Positions 24,554 to 27,404 of a stretch of 27,404 nt of DNA are shown piece after piece; position 1 is the first letter of the stretch, and each line of letters starts with the position of its first letter. Source of the stretch: Nanopusillaceae archaeon (GTDB lineage: Archaea > Nanobdellota > Nanobdellia > Nanobdellales > Nanobdellaceae); assembly GCA_038833255.1 (NCBI GenBank), contig JAWBIX010000002.1, positions 1 to 27,404 of the forward strand, read 5' to 3'. The position numbers were made by a program, and so were the translations under genes. The notes beneath the pieces are model-generated. The model saw only the letters and a list, made by a program, of their open reading frames with translations. It made no database searches and was not told where the DNA came from.

Positions 24554-25033
24554 ATGCCAACAGCTCATGAAGTACCTGGACAAATTTTAGTTGAAAGATT
24601 AGCAAAATATTTATTTGAAAATTATAAAGAAGAATTAAAACCACCATATTGGGCAAAATTTGTAAAGACAGGTCCGGATAGAGAAAGACCTCCAGATTTT
24701 CCAGCAGATAAAAACTATGATAACTCACCAGGATGGTGGTATTATAGAGCTGCTTCGATATTGAGGATGGTTTATTTAAAAGGACCAATAGGAGTATCTA
24801 GATTAAGAAAAAAATATGGAGGATTACGAAAAAGAGGAATGGAACCAGGAAAATTTAAAAAAGGATATGGAAAAATTGTTAGATTAATTTTACAACAATT
24901 GGAAAAATGCGGTTTGGTTGTAAAAGTTGTAGATGGTAAAAAAAAGGGAAGAATTATATCTAACTTAGGAAGAAGCATTATAGATAAAATTTCAACAGAG
25001 ATTTATAATGAGCTTTTAAAAAATAAAAAATAA
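24554..25033 (+). CDS. rps19e: Ribosomal protein eS19 (S19e)
   Basis: The sequence ...PPYWAKFVKTGPDRERPP...GWWYYRAASILRMVYLKGPIGVSRLRKKYGG matches S19e. Confidence 0.9.
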   Translation: MPTAHEVPGQILVERLAKYLFENYKEELKPPYWAKFVKTGPDRERPPDFPADKNYDNSPGWWYYRAASILRMVYLKGPIGVSRLRKKYGGLRKRGMEPGKFKKGYGKIVRLILQQLEKCGLVVKVVDGKKKGRIISNLGRSIIDKISTEIYNELLKNKK

Positions 25034-25090
25034 TATTTAATTTTTAAAATAAAATTAAAGATTTAAATTAAAATAAAAAATACTATTTTT

Positions 25091-25564
25091 ATGAAAAAAA
25101 GCATAAGTCTTTTTATAGAATTTTTAATATATGTTTCTTTTTCTCTCCTTGCTCTTTCATATGTGCTTTATTATAGTTATTACGTAACTGAAAGAGAAAA
25201 AACAAAATTGGAGATTGAAAATATAATTAGTTTACTTAACGAATATCATGCAATTTTAAGCATTTATAGAAATTGCGGGATATGTAGCTTTACTTTTAAA
25301 AAACAACTACCTTTAGGCTCTAAAATTATTTTCTTAAATGATTCAAATATAATATATGCTACTTACACTTCAAGAACTCAATATAATACAGAATCTGCTC
25401 ATATAAACATAAGTATAGAAAAAAGAGGTTCTTTATTTTATTATAATATTTCAAAAAACACTTATAATTATATTATTTTAAATAACCAAGAATTAAATTT
25501 TACTAGAGAGCTATGTATAAAAACAAACATAATTTTTAATCAAATTTTTATAGAAAATTGCTAA
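25091..25564 (+). CDS. Small secreted or membrane-anchored protein with a type IV pilin-like (class III signal peptide-like) N-terminus
   Basis: The N-terminus is MKKS/ISLFIEFLIYVSFSLLALSYVLYY. It has a short basic leader, a small residue, and a hydrophobic helix with Glu about 6 residues after the putative cleavage site. It contains 4 Cys and several N-x-S/T sequons. Confidence 0.5.
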   Translation: MKKSISLFIEFLIYVSFSLLALSYVLYYSYYVTEREKTKLEIENIISLLNEYHAILSIYRNCGICSFTFKKQLPLGSKIIFLNDSNIIYATYTSRTQYNTESAHINISIEKRGSLFYYNISKNTYNYIILNNQELNFTRELCIKTNIIFNQIFIENC

Positions 25565-26007
25565 ACACATATTAAGTTTATATAAAAATTATTTTCTTTA
25601 GAAATGTTATAACATATGCAAATCATATTCATTTCCTTAAATAAAAAAGAGATGTTACAATATTTTAAATTTTCAAAATATGTAGGTGTTCTTATTACAT
25701 AACAGCAGTTTTCCTCTTGATTGGAACATTCATTTATTGAATTATCATAAAATTTTTCTGAAACAATACAAATATATTTCATTTCTAATTGATTAGAAAT
25801 TAAGTAATCTCTATAAACCTGAACAAAATCTAAAATTTTAGATTTATCAAAATTTTTAGAAATATAAAAAATTTCATTTTCAAAATTTTTCACATATTCA
25901 AAGAGGTTGCTTTTTATATCAATATTTGTTTTTAAAACACTCAAAATATAATATGATAGTATCGAAACTATAATTATTGTTGATATAAGAATATATTGTG
26001 ACTTCAT
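25561..26007 (-). CDS. Small Cys-rich protein with a pilin-like N-terminal hydrophobic helix
   Basis: The N-terminus is MKS/QYILISTIIIVSILSYYILSVL. About 10 Cys occur in the 148-aa ORF product (ECSNQEENCCYV, KYCNIS, MICICYN, LICV). It shares an ATGA overlap with the upstream gene. Confidence 0.5.
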   Translation of the reverse strand: MKSQYILISTIIIVSILSYYILSVLKTNIDIKSNLFEYVKNFENEIFYISKNFDKSKILDFVQVYRDYLISNQLEMKYICIVSEKFYDNSINECSNQEENCCYVIRTPTYFENLKYCNISFLFKEMNMICICYNISKENNFYINLICV

Positions 26008-26333
26008 TTGTATAAAATTAAAATAAATGGATCGTACTGTTTATAACCAGAAAATAAATACTTTCCATAGAATGTATAGTTCTTAGTATCTTCCAAATCT
26101 CCTAAATTTCCTTTTAAACATACTATATATGTACCTGAAGAAATATTATATATTACATAAATCTTTTCTGGATAACAATCTTCAACGAAATTTCTAAAAT
26201 TTTCAATATTCAATTTAAAACTAATATTTTCTATATTTTCTCTATTTCTAACATAATTAATAAAAACCAGATATGCCGTAGTTAATATAATTATAGAAAC
26301 TATTGTTTCAAATAAAACAATCCATCCTCTCAT
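26004..26333 (-). CDS. Small protein with a type IV pilin-like N-terminus
   Basis: The N-terminus MRG/WIVLFETIVSIIILTTAYLVFINY closely resembles the bacterial and archaeal prepilin pattern (basic leader, Gly, hydrophobic helix with an early Glu). It has ATGA overlaps on both sides. Confidence 0.55.
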   Translation of the reverse strand: MRGWIVLFETIVSIIILTTAYLVFINYVRNRENIENISFKLNIENFRNFVEDCYPEKIYVIYNISSGTYIVCLKGNLGDLEDTKNYTFYGKYLFSGYKQYDPFILILYK

Positions 26334-27404
26334 TTTATGTAAATTATTAAATAATCTTCTATTAGCTTATTGTTATATTTAATATAAACATTATATCCTT
26401 TAGAGTATGGTTTATTTACTTTATTTCCAACAGAAATATTTAAATTTTTCAAATAAAAAGATGTTTTATCGTCTTCTTCTAAATCTTTTATATCTATATA
26501 ATATACTTTATTAATGTATTTTAGCTCGTACATGGGCATAGAATAACCGTAATATACATCAATAGCTAGATTGTCCATTGTTTGATTAATACAAAAATAA
26601 TGTATTCTCGGTCTTAAGAAATTTTGATCACTTAATATGATTACATTTGCTATTCTACTTCCGTAACTTCTGTAAAAAGTAATATTGTAAATATCATCAA
26701 AAAACAATAAAACGTATTTACAATAAGAATTACTCAATTTTCGAAGCATTATTTTATTTGTGAATATGTTTTTATTTTTGAAGTTTTCAAAGTTTGTAAA
26801 ATTAAAGTACTCATCTGGAGTAAAACTAGAAAATCTAAGAGACCAGTTGAATAAATTAAAGTGCTGATTTAAATTAGAAATATTATATTCTGCTATTTCA
26901 AAAAACCAGGAACTATTTGAAAATAAAATTCTATAAACGTTAAAGATATCATTATTAAATTCCTTATAGTATTGTATACATGCTATTCCAACATTTTTTA
27001 TATTTGGATTGGATAGAAAAGTTTCTCTATAAAGAGATAACCTGTAATATACCTCTATTAAAATCTTGTTTTGAAAGTCATAATATATTTTAGAATTATT
27101 CATAAAATAATTTGAACACCTTAAATCCATATAGTCTTGAAAATCATAATATATATTTTCAGATACTAAAAATTCCATATCTAAATAACATTTTGGCTCA
27201 AAAATTATTTTATATTGAAAATAATCTAAATTTTGAATATTAAAGGCTTCTGCATTTCCATTAATACCTTTTGAAACATTAAAAATTGCTTTTTCTGATG
27301 TAAGATAATCTATTTTTATTATTATACCATAAGATTTTCCAGTATTAGATTCTAAACATGTTCCATTTTCCGATAAATAACAATAACTAAATTCTGCCTC
27401 TACA
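26330..27404 (-). CDS. Large Asn/Tyr/Phe-rich, Cys-containing, sequon-rich hypothetical protein (probably extracellular); N-terminus lies beyond the window
   Basis: The track reports 26330..27178 from the first ATG. My translation of the same frame upstream (…VEAEFSYCYLSENGTCLESNTGKSYGIIIKIDYLTSEKAIFNVSKG…EPKCYLDMEFLV…) shows no stop up to position 27404, so the gene is 5'-truncated by the window. It has at least 10 N-x-S/T sequons. Confidence 0.55.
   Translation of the reverse strand, partial: VEAEFSYCYLSENGTCLESNTGKSYGIIIKIDYLTSEKAIFNVSKGINGNAEAFNIQNLDYFQYKIIFEPKCYLDMEFLVSENIYYDFQDYMDLRCSNYFMNNSKIYYDFQNKILIEVYYRLSLYRETFLSNPNIKNVGIACIQYYKEFNNDIFNVYRILFSNSSWFFEIAEYNISNLNQHFNLFNWSLRFSSFTPDEYFNFTNFENFKNKNIFTNKIMLRKLSNSYCKYVLLFFDDIYNITFYRSYGSRIANVIILSDQNFLRPRIHYFCINQTMDNLAIDVYYGYSMPMYELKYINKVYYIDIKDLEEDDKTSFYLKNLNISVGNKVNKPYSKGYNVYIKYNNKLIEDYLIIYIK

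Noticed and set aside
23950-24978. These ORFs overlap the L37Ae, RpoP, Pcc1 and S19e genes: plus-strand 23950..24153, 24161..24370 and 24244..24507, and minus-strand 24504..24788 and 24772..24978.
   Set aside because: The opposite strands encode L37Ae, RpoP, a Pcc1-like protein and S19e, all with strong motif support and coupled start/stop codons. The competing ORFs have no motifs and have low-complexity composition.
1-27404. I looked for CRISPR arrays, long direct or inverted repeats, transposases or integrases next to the tRNA genes, toxin-antitoxin pairs and recognisable defence-system domains.
   Set aside because: I saw no regularly spaced repeats. I found no recombinase, transposase, nuclease-helicase or ATPase defence signatures in any frame. 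Both tRNA genes are flanked directly by housekeeping genes with no attachment-site-like duplication of their 3' ends.

Overview
This is a very AT-rich, extremely gene-dense archaeal chromosome segment. It holds about 48 genes in 27.4 kb, most spacers are under 60 nt, and many neighbouring genes share 4-nt ATGA or GTGA start/stop overlaps. Most of the content is informational housekeeping. There is a secY-L34e-L14e block and a partial spc-type ribosomal cluster (S17-L14-L24-S4e-L5-L6-L32e), plus L40e, L37Ae and S19e. Also present are TrpRS, GluRS, TruD, Pth2, RNase P protein Rpp21, Rpo7/Spt4/RpoP, prefoldin beta, SepF, inorganic pyrophosphatase, Pcc1, a ZPR1-like zinc finger, an M50 site-2 protease, a 2H phosphoesterase and a circularly permuted GTPase. 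The structural RNAs (tRNA-Ala, tRNA-Ser, an orphan 5S rRNA) are GC-rich islands in the AT-rich background, which is the signature of a thermophile. That signature, a single-polypeptide PriS-PriL primase and fragmented ribosomal operons suggest a Nanoarchaeota/DPANN-type reduced genome; this is inference, not a database result. Four things are not explained by housekeeping. (1) A translationally coupled pair of large unknown genes (3231-6951), one of which is an endonuclease IV/xylose-isomerase-like metal TIM barrel split by a roughly 300-aa helical insertion. (2) A terminal cluster (25091-27404) of three small Cys-rich proteins with type IV pilin-like N-termini plus a large sequon-rich protein, which may be a surface filament or adhesion module. 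(3) A tandem pair of diverged paralogs of unknown function next to the primase. (4) Two unannotated candidate C/D-box sRNAs that share the same non-canonical terminal boxes, one lying directly upstream of the 5S rRNA. I saw no CRISPR array, transposase, integrase or recognisable defence gene.
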